A DNA stretch of 28,575 bases from an uncultured Planctomycetaceae bacterium (GTDB lineage Bacteria; Planctomycetota; UBA1135; GCA-002686595), in contig CAZDYS010000003.1 in NCBI GenBank assembly GCA_964509445.1, positions 1 to 28,575 on the forward strand, in the 5' to 3' direction. Shown here one piece after another: positions 1-7,550 of the stretch (the first letter of the stretch is position 1; each line of letters starts with the position of its first letter). A program made the position numbers and the translations under genes. The notes below the pieces were generated by a model. It was not told the origin of the DNA. It did not search any database and saw only the letters and a list, made by a program, of their open reading frames with translations.

Positions 1-428
1 AACGCCTGGGGCGCGGCCGCGGGCACCGCTTCGGGGAGCGGCGCGGACGGCTCGTCGAGGCCGAACAGGTCTTCCTCGAGGGCCGGGTCCGGTGCCGTCG
101 TCGGCTGCTCGAAGATCGCTTCGATCTCCCGCGAGGTGGCGGCGTCGGCCTCGGCTGCCTCGGGCGTCCCAGACGTCACCGGCGTCACGGCCGGAGCGGG
201 AGCGGCGGCCGGAGCCGGCGTCTCCGCAACGGGTTCCACGGGCGCCGGGGCAGCCGGGAGCGGGGCCGGAGGCTCCTCCTCGCGGAGCTCTTCGCTCTGG
301 AACGCGGCGAAGATCGCCTCGAGGTCCTCCTCGTCGTCGAGCGACTGGTCGACGTCGCCGAGGTGCTCTTCGAAACCGAAGATGTCCTCGTCGAGGTCGA
401 TGTCGCCGTGCTTCGGATGTTCGGTCAA
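1..428 (-). CDS. Hypothetical protein, 5' part only (runs off the window); acidic, Pro/Ala-rich low-complexity N-terminus
   Basis: Manual translation from TTG at 428, 3 nt past the stop of the 432-1385 gene: MTEHPKHGDIDLDEDIFGFEEHLGDVDQSLDDEEDLEAIFAAFQSEELREEEPPAPLPAAPAPVEP..., open to position 1. Absent from the ORF track because it is truncated. Confidence 0.6.
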   Translation of the reverse strand, partial: MTEHPKHGDIDLDEDIFGFEEHLGDVDQSLDDEEDLEAIFAAFQSEELREEEPPAPLPAAPAPVEPVAETPAPAAAPAPAVTPVTSGTPEAAEADAATSREIEAIFEQPTTAPDPALEEDLFGLDEPSAPLPEAVPAAAPQA

Positions 429-431
429 AGC

Positions 432-1385
432 TCAGCCCTCGAACGCGATGGGGACGGTGGGCTCGGAAGCGGTCAGGCGACCGAGCGCGTGCTGGAACGC
501 AGCCGGCGCCAGGACGGACTTCTCCGAGCGCGTGTTCTCGACGAGCTCCAGCAGCCGCTGCGGCTGCAGGCTCTCGGCCGGCGGAGGCGTCGTCCCGGTG
601 TGCGGCACCGGGCTCAGCTCGAAGTCGAGCTCGACGCTCAGACCGTGGGACTCGATGCGCGACGAGACCTGGTCGGCGAGTCGATGGACGAGGAAGCGCC
701 GCTTCTCGGAGACGGAGTTCGTCGGGGTGATCGCGAAGCCGGTGACGCGCACCCAGGCGAACCGGCCCTCGAGGCCGGCGTGGAGCTCGATGCTCTCCTG
801 GGGCAGCGCGGTCGTTTCCTCGAGCACCGCCGCCGCGGCCGCCGCGATGCGCACGACGTGCGGCATGCAGACGCCCGTGCGGACGAGGAAGGCGACGAGG
901 TCGCGCGTTCCGGTGCAGGCGACGCCGAGGTCGTTGGGGTAGCTCGCTTCGAGCGTCGGTCCGAGATCCGCGGCGGACGTGACCGGAACGAGCGGCTCGG
1001 GACCCGCGGCGCTCTCGACGGCGGTCACGAACGACCGCGGAGCGAAGGCCTCCGGCACGACGTCGGTGATGCCGAGCTCCATCGCGCGCATCAGATGGTC
1101 GGGATCGTTGCCGGTGCCGACGAGGACGACGGGCACCTGGACCAGGTCGAACGGCAGGCTCTCCAGGAGGAGCAGTCCGCGGACGCCGTTCTCGTGAGCG
1201 AGGTCGACCACCAGGACGTCGATCGCCGCGTGAAGAGGGCGGTCCAGCTCCTCCAGCCGGGGAAGCCGCGTGACCTCGTGCTTGCGCGCGGACAAGAGCT
1301 CGACGAGCGCGTCCACCCGCGGGCAGGAGGAGGAGGAGATCGCGACGCGCAGGGGCCGCTGGGAAGAGGATTGGATCCGGATCAC
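432..1385 (-). CDS. Degenerate receiver (REC) domain fused to an RsbW/HATPase-like domain, 317 aa
   Basis: GTG start at 1385 overlaps the upstream TGA (GTGA coupling). REC-like segments LRVAIS..., IDVLVVDL, VPVVLVG, MRAMELGITDVVPEAF. The C-terminal half resembles an anti-sigma/HATPase fold (LEASYPND...IAAAAAAVLEETT...IELHAGLEGRFAWVRVTG). Confidence 0.68.
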   Translation of the reverse strand: MIRIQSSSQRPLRVAISSSSCPRVDALVELLSARKHEVTRLPRLEELDRPLHAAIDVLVVDLAHENGVRGLLLLESLPFDLVQVPVVLVGTGNDPDHLMRAMELGITDVVPEAFAPRSFVTAVESAAGPEPLVPVTSAADLGPTLEASYPNDLGVACTGTRDLVAFLVRTGVCMPHVVRIAAAAAAVLEETTALPQESIELHAGLEGRFAWVRVTGFAITPTNSVSEKRRFLVHRLADQVSSRIESHGLSVELDFELSPVPHTGTTPPPAESLQPQRLLELVENTRSEKSVLAPAAFQHALGRLTASEPTVPIAFEG

Positions 1386-2107
1386 GCCGAAATCGCTCCC
1401 TGCAGGAAGGAACCCTGCCGCTCGGTCTCGTCGTCGATCGGGACGGTGAGAGTGGCGACGGTCGTCGCGTCGAGCGAGCGCGAGAGCTCGAGCGTTCCGC
1501 CCATCAGCTCCAGGTCTCGCTCGGTCAGGGTCAGCCCCAGACCCATGCGGCGCCGCTTCGTCGAGCGGAAGGCCGCACGCGCGTCCTTCGAGTCGAAGTC
1601 GCTTCCGCAGCGGTTGAGGATGCGGAAGGTGATCTGGTCCCCCTCGTGGCGCGCGACGACGAGGATGTCCTCCTGGGTCGCTTCGAGCGCGTTCTCCACC
1701 AGTCGGCGCACGGACCGCGAGAGCAGCGGGGCGTCGAGACAGACGGTTTCTTCCGCCTGGTCCCGCGCCACCAGCACGCGGTTCCGTTGAGCGGGCGGGA
1801 GTCCGGTGACGACCGTGCGAGCGATCTCGCTGGTCGTGCAGCGCATCGGCATCAGGGTCGGCTCGGCGACCAGCTCCAGCAGCCCGCGCACGTTGCGGCC
1901 GATGTCCTGAAGCTCCTCCAGCGCGCACTCCACGAGGCCCTGGTCCGAGTGCCCGGCGGGGAGGCGATGTTCGAGCGCCTCGAGCGAAGCGCGCAGCGCG
2001 GACAGGGGGACGTCGAGGCCGCTCGAGAGAGCCGAGCCGAAGGCTTCGCCCGGCTGCAGTTCGGGCAGGGCTCGTCGGGGTCGGGGGCTGTCGTGCTCGG
2101 TCCGCAT
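1382..2107 (-). CDS. Histidine-kinase-like protein (HisKA-like helix + HATPase_c) lacking the phosphoacceptor His, 241 aa
   Basis: H-box-like ALSSGLDVPLSALRASLEAL, N-box LVENALEA, F/G2-box AFRSTKRRRMGLGL, then MGGTLEL...TVATLTVP. No sensor or transmembrane domain. Confidence 0.8.
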   Translation of the reverse strand: MRTEHDSPRPRRALPELQPGEAFGSALSSGLDVPLSALRASLEALEHRLPAGHSDQGLVECALEELQDIGRNVRGLLELVAEPTLMPMRCTTSEIARTVVTGLPPAQRNRVLVARDQAEETVCLDAPLLSRSVRRLVENALEATQEDILVVARHEGDQITFRILNRCGSDFDSKDARAAFRSTKRRRMGLGLTLTERDLELMGGTLELSRSLDATTVATLTVPIDDETERQGSFLQGAISA

Positions 2108-2169
2108 GGATCGGTCGGGGAACGCGGGGAGAGGCGTCGGGCAGCTCTCGGGAGCCGCCTACACGCGCC

Positions 2170-2197
2170 CTTTCGACCGAATCCGGAAAACGCTTGA
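2170..2197 (-). promoter_or_regulatory. Sigma-28-like promoter for the kinase-like/REC-like operon
   Basis: Minus strand TCAAG-N15-GTCGAAAG, about 60 nt upstream of the ATG at 2107; resembles TAAA-N15-GCCGATAA. Confidence 0.45.
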
Positions 2198-2265
2198 ACG
2201 TCCGGGAGGGGCGATTGCCCTTTTTTTCTGGGCCCTAGGAAGAGCCCGCCCGGTGGGGCCGGACC

Positions 2266-3141
2266 CTACTGGATCCCGTACAGACGCATCTTGTTGTAGA
2301 GCGTCGTCCGGTTGATCCCGAGCGTGCGAGCCGCCTGGCTGCGGTTGCCCGCCGCTTCTATAAGGATGCGACGGATGGCCGCCTCCTCCACGTCGCGCAG
2401 CACGCGGCCCTCGGAGCGGGGCGGCAGCGGGATGAGCGCGTCCGAGTTCGCGGGCGCCGACGGAGCGGCCCCCGGCACGTGGCCCGGCTCGATCGTGCCC
2501 GCGGAGCCGCTGGCGACGGCGGCGCAGGTCAGGGTGGCACGCAGCTCCAGCAGTCCGCCGGACCAATCGCGTGCCTCGAGCGTCTCCACGGCGTCCGCAG
2601 ACAGGGTGAAGGCGCGCCCCAGCGCGTCACGCAGCTCCGCCAGCAGGCGGTTCGCGATCGTCGCGAGGTCCTCGATCCGTTCGTCCAGGCCGGGAACGCG
2701 CAGCGTCAGCACGTTCAGGCGGTAGAAGAGGTCCTCGCGGAACCGCCCCTCCTCGACCTCGAGCTCCAGGTCCTTGGCGGTCGACGCGACCAGGCGCGCG
2801 GCCGCCGTGGACCCGGTGGAGGCCACGCGCTCTTCGAGGGTCGCGACCAGGCTCTCCTGGCTGCGCGGGTCGAGGTCGGCCACCTCCTCCAGGAAGAAGG
2901 TTCCTCCTTCCTGCGTGGCGAGCGGCGAAGGGTGCCCCTCGTGCCGTGCCGCCTGCACGCGGACGAACGGACCGCCCGCGGCGGGCGAGGCCTCGTGGAT
3001 CGCGCGGGCCGTGAGCTCCAGCTCGATCCCGCGGGATCCACGCAGGAGCACCGTCGTGCGCGGGGTTCCCGCGACGCGTTCGACCTGGCCCGCGAGCCGC
3101 GTGGCCGCGGCCGAGGGTCCGAAGAGCAGCTCCGGTTGCAT
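2266..3141 (-). CDS. NtrC-family (sigma-54 activator-like) AAA+ plus Fis-type HTH protein with degenerate ATPase motifs, 291 aa
   Basis: Likely start MQPELLFG at 3141. Contains TVLLRGSRGIELE (Walker A position), GGTFFLEEV (Walker B position), EEGRFREDLFYRLNV, and a C-terminal HTH GNRSQAARTLGINRTTLYNKM. No receiver domain and no GAFTGA loop. Confidence 0.85.
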   Translation of the reverse strand: MQPELLFGPSAAATRLAGQVERVAGTPRTTVLLRGSRGIELELTARAIHEASPAAGGPFVRVQAARHEGHPSPLATQEGGTFFLEEVADLDPRSQESLVATLEERVASTGSTAAARLVASTAKDLELEVEEGRFREDLFYRLNVLTLRVPGLDERIEDLATIANRLLAELRDALGRAFTLSADAVETLEARDWSGGLLELRATLTCAAVASGSAGTIEPGHVPGAAPSAPANSDALIPLPPRSEGRVLRDVEEAAIRRILIEAAGNRSQAARTLGINRTTLYNKMRLYGIQ

Positions 3142-3362
3142 GGCGACGATCGTACGGATCGCGCGAGGCGAGCAAAGGCTGCCCTCGGGAACTCCTGCGC
3201 TCCGATCTCGCGACGGAATCTCTGCAACGCGAACGCGACCCGGCGCGCGGAACGTGGCAGCGAGGACGCCCTTCACGGGGTCCTGAGACGGGCTTTGAGA
3301 AATCCTGTCCGGGTCGGGCTGCGCGCGCGCCGGCGGGATCGGCGGAATTCTCGCGGCGCGAA

Positions 3363-3390
3363 CTCATGCGGTCCGGGGGGACACCGAGAA
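3363..3390 (+). promoter_or_regulatory. Sigma-28-like promoter for flagellin 1
   Basis: CTCAT-N15-ACCGAGAA, 77 nt upstream of the flagellin ATG; same -35 type and spacing as the flgM promoter (CTCAC-N15-GCCGATAA). Confidence 0.5.
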
Positions 3391-3467
3391 CAGCCGCGGT
3401 ACGAGGGACACGTCCCCCGCACCTCCCACCTCAGACGAACCTAGAACCCCGGTAACCCCAGACCATC

Positions 3468-4295
3468 ATGGGACTTCGAGTCAACTCCAACATCAGCTCG
3501 GTCGCGGCCCAGCGCCACCTCGCGGTGGTGACGGACCGCCTGAGCGGCAACTACCAACGACTGGCCTCCGGCATGCGGATCGCTTCGGCGGCCGACGACC
3601 CCGCGGGCCTCGGTGTCTCCGAGCGCATGCGTGCTCAGCTCAAGTCGCTGTCGCAAGCGGCGCGCAACGGCCAGGACGGCGTCAGCCTCGTCCAGACGGC
3701 CGAGGGTGCGCTCAACGAGGCGAACGCGAGCCTCAACCGGATGCGTGAGCTGGCCGTCGCTGCTGCGAACGGCACGCTGAACTCCGGAGACCGCACCACC
3801 CTGGACGCCGAGTTCCAGGCTCTCCTGAACGAGATCGACCGGCTCGCCGACACGACCGAGTTCAACGGAGTCAACCTGCTCAACGCGGCAGGCGGCACGA
3901 TCGACATCCAGATCGGTACCGAGCAGGGCGAGGTCATCTCGCTCAGCCTCGCGGACACGTCGACGACCGGCCTCGGTCTCAGCCTGACGACGTTCGACAT
4001 CACCACGGTGACGAACGCCTCGGCGACGCTCGCGACGATCGACTCCGCGATCGACCAGCTCACGCAGACGCGTGGTGGTCTCGGTGCGGCCCAGAACCGC
4101 CTCAACACGGCGATTCGAAGCCTGCAGAACGCGAACCAGAACCTCGCGGCGGCCGAGAGCCGCATCCGTGACGTGGACGTCGCCCTCGAGACGGCGGACC
4201 TCACGCGGAACACCATTCTCCAGCAAGCTGCGGTTTCCGTGCTCAGCCAAGCGAACGCACAGCCGCAGATCGCTCTCTCCCTCCTCCAGGGATAA
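3468..4295 (+). CDS. fliC: Flagellin (short, essentially D0/D1 only), 275 aa
   Basis: N-terminal LRVNSN...RLASGMRIASAADDPAGL, VQTAEGAL, RMRELAV; C-terminal LGAAQNRL, AAESRIRDVDVALE, ILQQAAVSVLSQAN. Confidence 0.98.
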   Translation: MGLRVNSNISSVAAQRHLAVVTDRLSGNYQRLASGMRIASAADDPAGLGVSERMRAQLKSLSQAARNGQDGVSLVQTAEGALNEANASLNRMRELAVAAANGTLNSGDRTTLDAEFQALLNEIDRLADTTEFNGVNLLNAAGGTIDIQIGTEQGEVISLSLADTSTTGLGLSLTTFDITTVTNASATLATIDSAIDQLTQTRGGLGAAQNRLNTAIRSLQNANQNLAAAESRIRDVDVALETADLTRNTILQQAAVSVLSQANAQPQIALSLLQG

Positions 4296-4334
4296 CAGCG
4301 CATACCGGCCTTTCTAGGGCCGATCGCTGAGGGA

Positions 4335-4362
4335 GGGGAACCGCTCCTCGGAGCGGTTCCCC
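4335..4362 (+). terminator. 12-bp perfect hairpin after flagellin 1 (terminator or mRNA stabiliser; no U-tract)
   Basis: GGGGAACCGCTC-CTCG-GAGCGGTTCCCC. Confidence 0.55.
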
Positions 4363-4658
4363 ATTCAGCAGCGAAGACTGCTCTCTGACAACCAGGTGAC
4401 GTCCAAGAGGCTCGGATGCGCTCCGAGCTGATGTTGCACAAGAACACCTTCGCTCCGTGCCAAAGAGCGAAGGAGCGGACCGGTCGCCAACCGGTGCGCA
4501 ACGTCGAGTACGCGGTGCCTGGACTCCCCGTGCCCCTGTGAGCCCTCGCGGTGAACAGGAAGGGAATCCGGTAGGCGCGTGCACTTCTGCTCTTCCGAGT
4601 GGTCGGAAGGCAGATGTCCGTCAGAGATCTGACAACCTATCCAAAGGAAACGAAGACA

Positions 4659-5483
4659 ATGGGACTTCGAGTTAACAACAACATCTTCTCGCTGAACGCA
4701 CAGCGCAACCTGGGCAACGTCTCGGGTCGCCTTGCCGGCAACTACTCCCGGCTCTCCTCCGGTCTCCGCATCGCTACGGCGGCGGACGACGCGGCGGGCC
4801 TGGGTATTTCGGAGCGCATGCGCGCGCAAGTGCGCTCGCTGAACCAAGCCTCGCGGAACGCCTCCGACGGTATCGCCCTCGTGCAGACCGCCGAAGGTTC
4901 CATGGGTGAAGTCAACGCCAACCTCACGCGGATGCGCGAGCTGGCCGTCCAGGCCTCCAACGGCACGCTCAACTCGGGCGACCGCGACGTCCTGAACGAC
5001 GAGTTCACGGCTCTCATCTCCGAGATCGACCGCGTCGCCGACGACACCACGTTCAACGACGTGTCGCTCTTCACCGGCTCCACCACGAGCATCGACATCC
5101 AGGTCGGCGTGGACTCCGGCGAGACGATCTCGATCTCGCTCTCGACCGTGACCGACGCCGGTCTCGGCCTCGACGGCACGAGCTTCGACATCACGACGTC
5201 GACCAACGCGCAGGCCGCCCTCGCGACGATCGACTCCGCCATCGACACCGTCACGAGCTTCCGTGGCGACCTCGGTGCCGCCCAGAACCGCCTGTCCTCG
5301 ACCGTCCGCAGCATCGGTGCGGCGTCCGAGAACCTGCAGGCCGCCGAGAGCCGCATCCGCGACGTGGACGTGGCCATGGAGACCGCCGACCTGACGCGGA
5401 ACTCCATCATGCAGCAGGCCGCTCTGTCGGTCCTCGCTCAGGCGAACAGCCAGCCGCAGCTGGCGCTCTCGCTCCTCGGCTAG
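4659..5483 (+). CDS. fliC: Flagellin (short, essentially D0/D1 only), 274 aa
   Basis: True start MGLRVNNN at 4659, preceded by AAAGGA. Contains LSSGLRIATAADDAAGL, RMRELAVQASNG, LGAAQNRL, AAESRIRDVDVAME. Confidence 0.98.
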   Translation: MGLRVNNNIFSLNAQRNLGNVSGRLAGNYSRLSSGLRIATAADDAAGLGISERMRAQVRSLNQASRNASDGIALVQTAEGSMGEVNANLTRMRELAVQASNGTLNSGDRDVLNDEFTALISEIDRVADDTTFNDVSLFTGSTTSIDIQVGVDSGETISISLSTVTDAGLGLDGTSFDITTSTNAQAALATIDSAIDTVTSFRGDLGAAQNRLSSTVRSIGAASENLQAAESRIRDVDVAMETADLTRNSIMQQAALSVLAQANSQPQLALSLLG

Positions 5484-5538
5484 GGGAGTCTGATCTCCCC
5501 GAGGGAGGCCCCCACGGAGTCCCCTCGCCTGCCTTCAG

Positions 5539-5570
5539 GGAGCCCCATCACCAGCCGGTGATGGGGCTCC
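5539..5570 (+). terminator. 14-bp perfect hairpin after flagellin 2 (terminator or stabiliser)
   Basis: GGAGCCCCATCACC-AGCC-GGTGATGGGGCTCC; a shorter GGGGAG/CTCCCC stem overlaps the end of the stop codon. Confidence 0.55.
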
Positions 5571-5645
5571 TCGAGGTGGTTCCGGAAGGAGGAACCGGGA
5601 AGGAAATTCGGGTCTTCGCAGGGCGGGGACAAACGGGGCGGGGAC

Positions 5646-5674
5646 CTAAGCCTGCTCACGAGGACGGCCGATAA
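5646..5674 (+). promoter_or_regulatory. Sigma-28 (FliA) promoter for fliD-fliS
   Basis: CTAAG-N16-GCCGATAA; the -10 is a perfect match to the sigma-28 consensus, 40 nt upstream of fliD. Confidence 0.8.
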
Positions 5675-5714
5675 GCGCCGCGGAGAGCTTCACCGAGCAC
5701 CCAGGAACAGCGAC

Positions 5715-7145
5715 ATGTCGATCACATTCGGAGGACTCGCGAGCGGTCTCGACACGAACGCCATCATCACGCAGCTGGTGGCGCTCGAGCGACGACCGAT
5801 CGAGGCGCTACAGCTCAAGCGCAACGACGAACAGCAGCGGCTGGACCTCGTCGGCACCCTCGAGCGACTCGTCAAGGACCTGCAGACCAAGGCCGAGGAG
5901 CTCGGCGACGGCGGCTTCTTCGCCTACGACCTGCAGGTCGCGAGCGAGGGCGTCGCCAACTTCCAGCTCACCGGGGACGCGCCGGCAGCGGCCCACACCC
6001 TGGACGTCACGCAGCTCGCGGCCGCGGACCGCTACCGTTTCGATGCGGTGGCCGACCCCGACGCCTCGCTGGGCGAGGGCAACGTCACGTTCTCCGTCTT
6101 CGACGACGAGACGGGGGGCCTGGTCAACTACGACATCGACATCGTCTCCGGCACGGACAGCCTCAACGACATCGCGGCCACGATCAACGCGAACGCAGGG
6201 GACTCCGTCACCGCGAGCGTGATCAACACGGGTACGGAGGCCTCGCCCTCGTACCAGCTCGTGCTCACGGGCAACCAGACCGGCTCGGACTACGCGATCC
6301 AGGACCTGAGCGTCAGCTATCCGGACCTGGGAGATCCCGTCCAGATCCAGCAGGCCAGCAACGCGCAGGTCACGATCGACGGCCTCCAGGTGGAGCGCTC
6401 GACGAACCTGTTCAACGACGTGCTCGAGGGGATCAGCTTCACGGTGACCCAGGCGGGAGGCTCGACCTCCTTCACGGTCGAGGCGAACAGCGAGGGGATC
6501 CAGACGAACCTCGACGAGTTCGCGGCCTCCTACAACGCGGTCATCGACTTCATCAACGGTCAGCAGGAGTTCAGCGAGGAGGCCGGCCAGGGCGGCCTCC
6601 TGTTCGGCGACTCGATCCTGGACCGGGTCAAGAACACGCTGCAGGGAGCGGTCTTCGACATCAGCGACACCGAGCTGCTCGAGCTGCAGTCCGCGACCAA
6701 CAACGGCTTCGTGGCGCTCAACCAGATCGGGATCAGCTTCGACTCCGACGGCCGGATGGAGCTCGACGACGACGTCATCGAGGAGAAGCTCGGCGAGAGT
6801 CTCACGAGCTTCGCCAACCTCCTGGTCAACGACGACGGGGACGGCGAGATCTCCGACGACGACGGCGCGTTCGTGAAGCTGACGCAGGCGATCGAGACGC
6901 TGGTCGACGACAGCACGACGGACATCGGGGGGGAGACCGTCTCCATCAAGGGACTCTTCGACCTGCGCCGGGACACCGCCCAGACGATCATGGGCGACAT
7001 CGACGACGAGATCGAACGTCTCGAGTTCGGCGTCGAGCGCTTCGAAGAGTCGCTCGTGCTGCAGTTCGCTCGCCTCGAGGAGCTGATCGGACAGCTCAAT
7101 GCACAGGGCGCCTATCTCTCCTCCGGCGCTGCCTTCCCCACTTAA
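5715..7145 (+). CDS. fliD: Flagellar filament cap protein FliD, 476 aa
   Basis: ITFGGLASGLDTNAIITQLV, LDVTQLA, ASNAQVTIDGLQVERSTN, LNQIGI, QFARLEELIGQLNAQ; directly follows the flagellins. Confidence 0.95.
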   Translation: MSITFGGLASGLDTNAIITQLVALERRPIEALQLKRNDEQQRLDLVGTLERLVKDLQTKAEELGDGGFFAYDLQVASEGVANFQLTGDAPAAAHTLDVTQLAAADRYRFDAVADPDASLGEGNVTFSVFDDETGGLVNYDIDIVSGTDSLNDIAATINANAGDSVTASVINTGTEASPSYQLVLTGNQTGSDYAIQDLSVSYPDLGDPVQIQQASNAQVTIDGLQVERSTNLFNDVLEGISFTVTQAGGSTSFTVEANSEGIQTNLDEFAASYNAVIDFINGQQEFSEEAGQGGLLFGDSILDRVKNTLQGAVFDISDTELLELQSATNNGFVALNQIGISFDSDGRMELDDDVIEEKLGESLTSFANLLVNDDGDGEISDDDGAFVKLTQAIETLVDDSTTDIGGETVSIKGLFDLRRDTAQTIMGDIDDEIERLEFGVERFEESLVLQFARLEELIGQLNAQGAYLSSGAAFPT

Positions 7146-7148
7146 TCG

Positions 7149-7550
7149 ATGGACGCACACGAAGCCGTTTCGGCCTACGCGAACTCCAAGTTCGACAACG
7201 CACCGCCGCTGAAGATCGTTCACCTGCTCTACGAAGGAGCGATCCGCTTCCTGCGCCAGGCCCAGGAGATGGACCCCGCTGCCGATCCCGCGGCCTTCAC
7301 CGTGCGTCTGAACAAGGCGGACGCGGTCGTCAGCGAGCTCCGGCTGTCGCTGGAGCCGGAGCAGTCTCCCGAGCTGTGCGACCACCTGAACGGGCTCTAC
7401 GAGTTCGTGCAGGACCAGATCCGCGAGTCGATCCTCGAGGGGTCCTCGGAGACGCTGCCCGGCGCGATCTCGGTGCTCGAGAAGCTGCTCGAGGGCTGGC
7501 GCGGGATCGGGATGACCGCGGCGCCCGACGCGGGTCTGCCTCGAAGGTGA
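7149..7550 (+). CDS. fliS: Flagellin export chaperone FliS
   Basis: APPLKIVHLLYEGAIRFL, LNKADAVVSELRLSL, LNGLYEF, LLEGWRGI; located after fliD. Confidence 0.93.
   Translation: MDAHEAVSAYANSKFDNAPPLKIVHLLYEGAIRFLRQAQEMDPAADPAAFTVRLNKADAVVSELRLSLEPEQSPELCDHLNGLYEFVQDQIRESILEGSSETLPGAISVLEKLLEGWRGIGMTAAPDAGLPRR

Noticed and set aside
2207-2227. Plus-strand intrinsic terminator (short GGGC/GCCC stem plus T7)
   Set aside because: No plus-strand gene upstream and the stem is weak; it may be an A-tract upstream of the minus-strand promoter.
3255-3269. Sigma-54 promoter TGGCAG-N5-ACGC upstream of flagellin 1
   Set aside because: GG/GC spacing is right but the -12 is poor, and such matches are common at this GC content.
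4402-4466. Sigma-28 promoter for flagellin 2 (CCAAG...TCCGAGCT or ACAAG-N16-GCCAAAGA)
   Set aside because: The -10 matches are too poor compared with the other sites.
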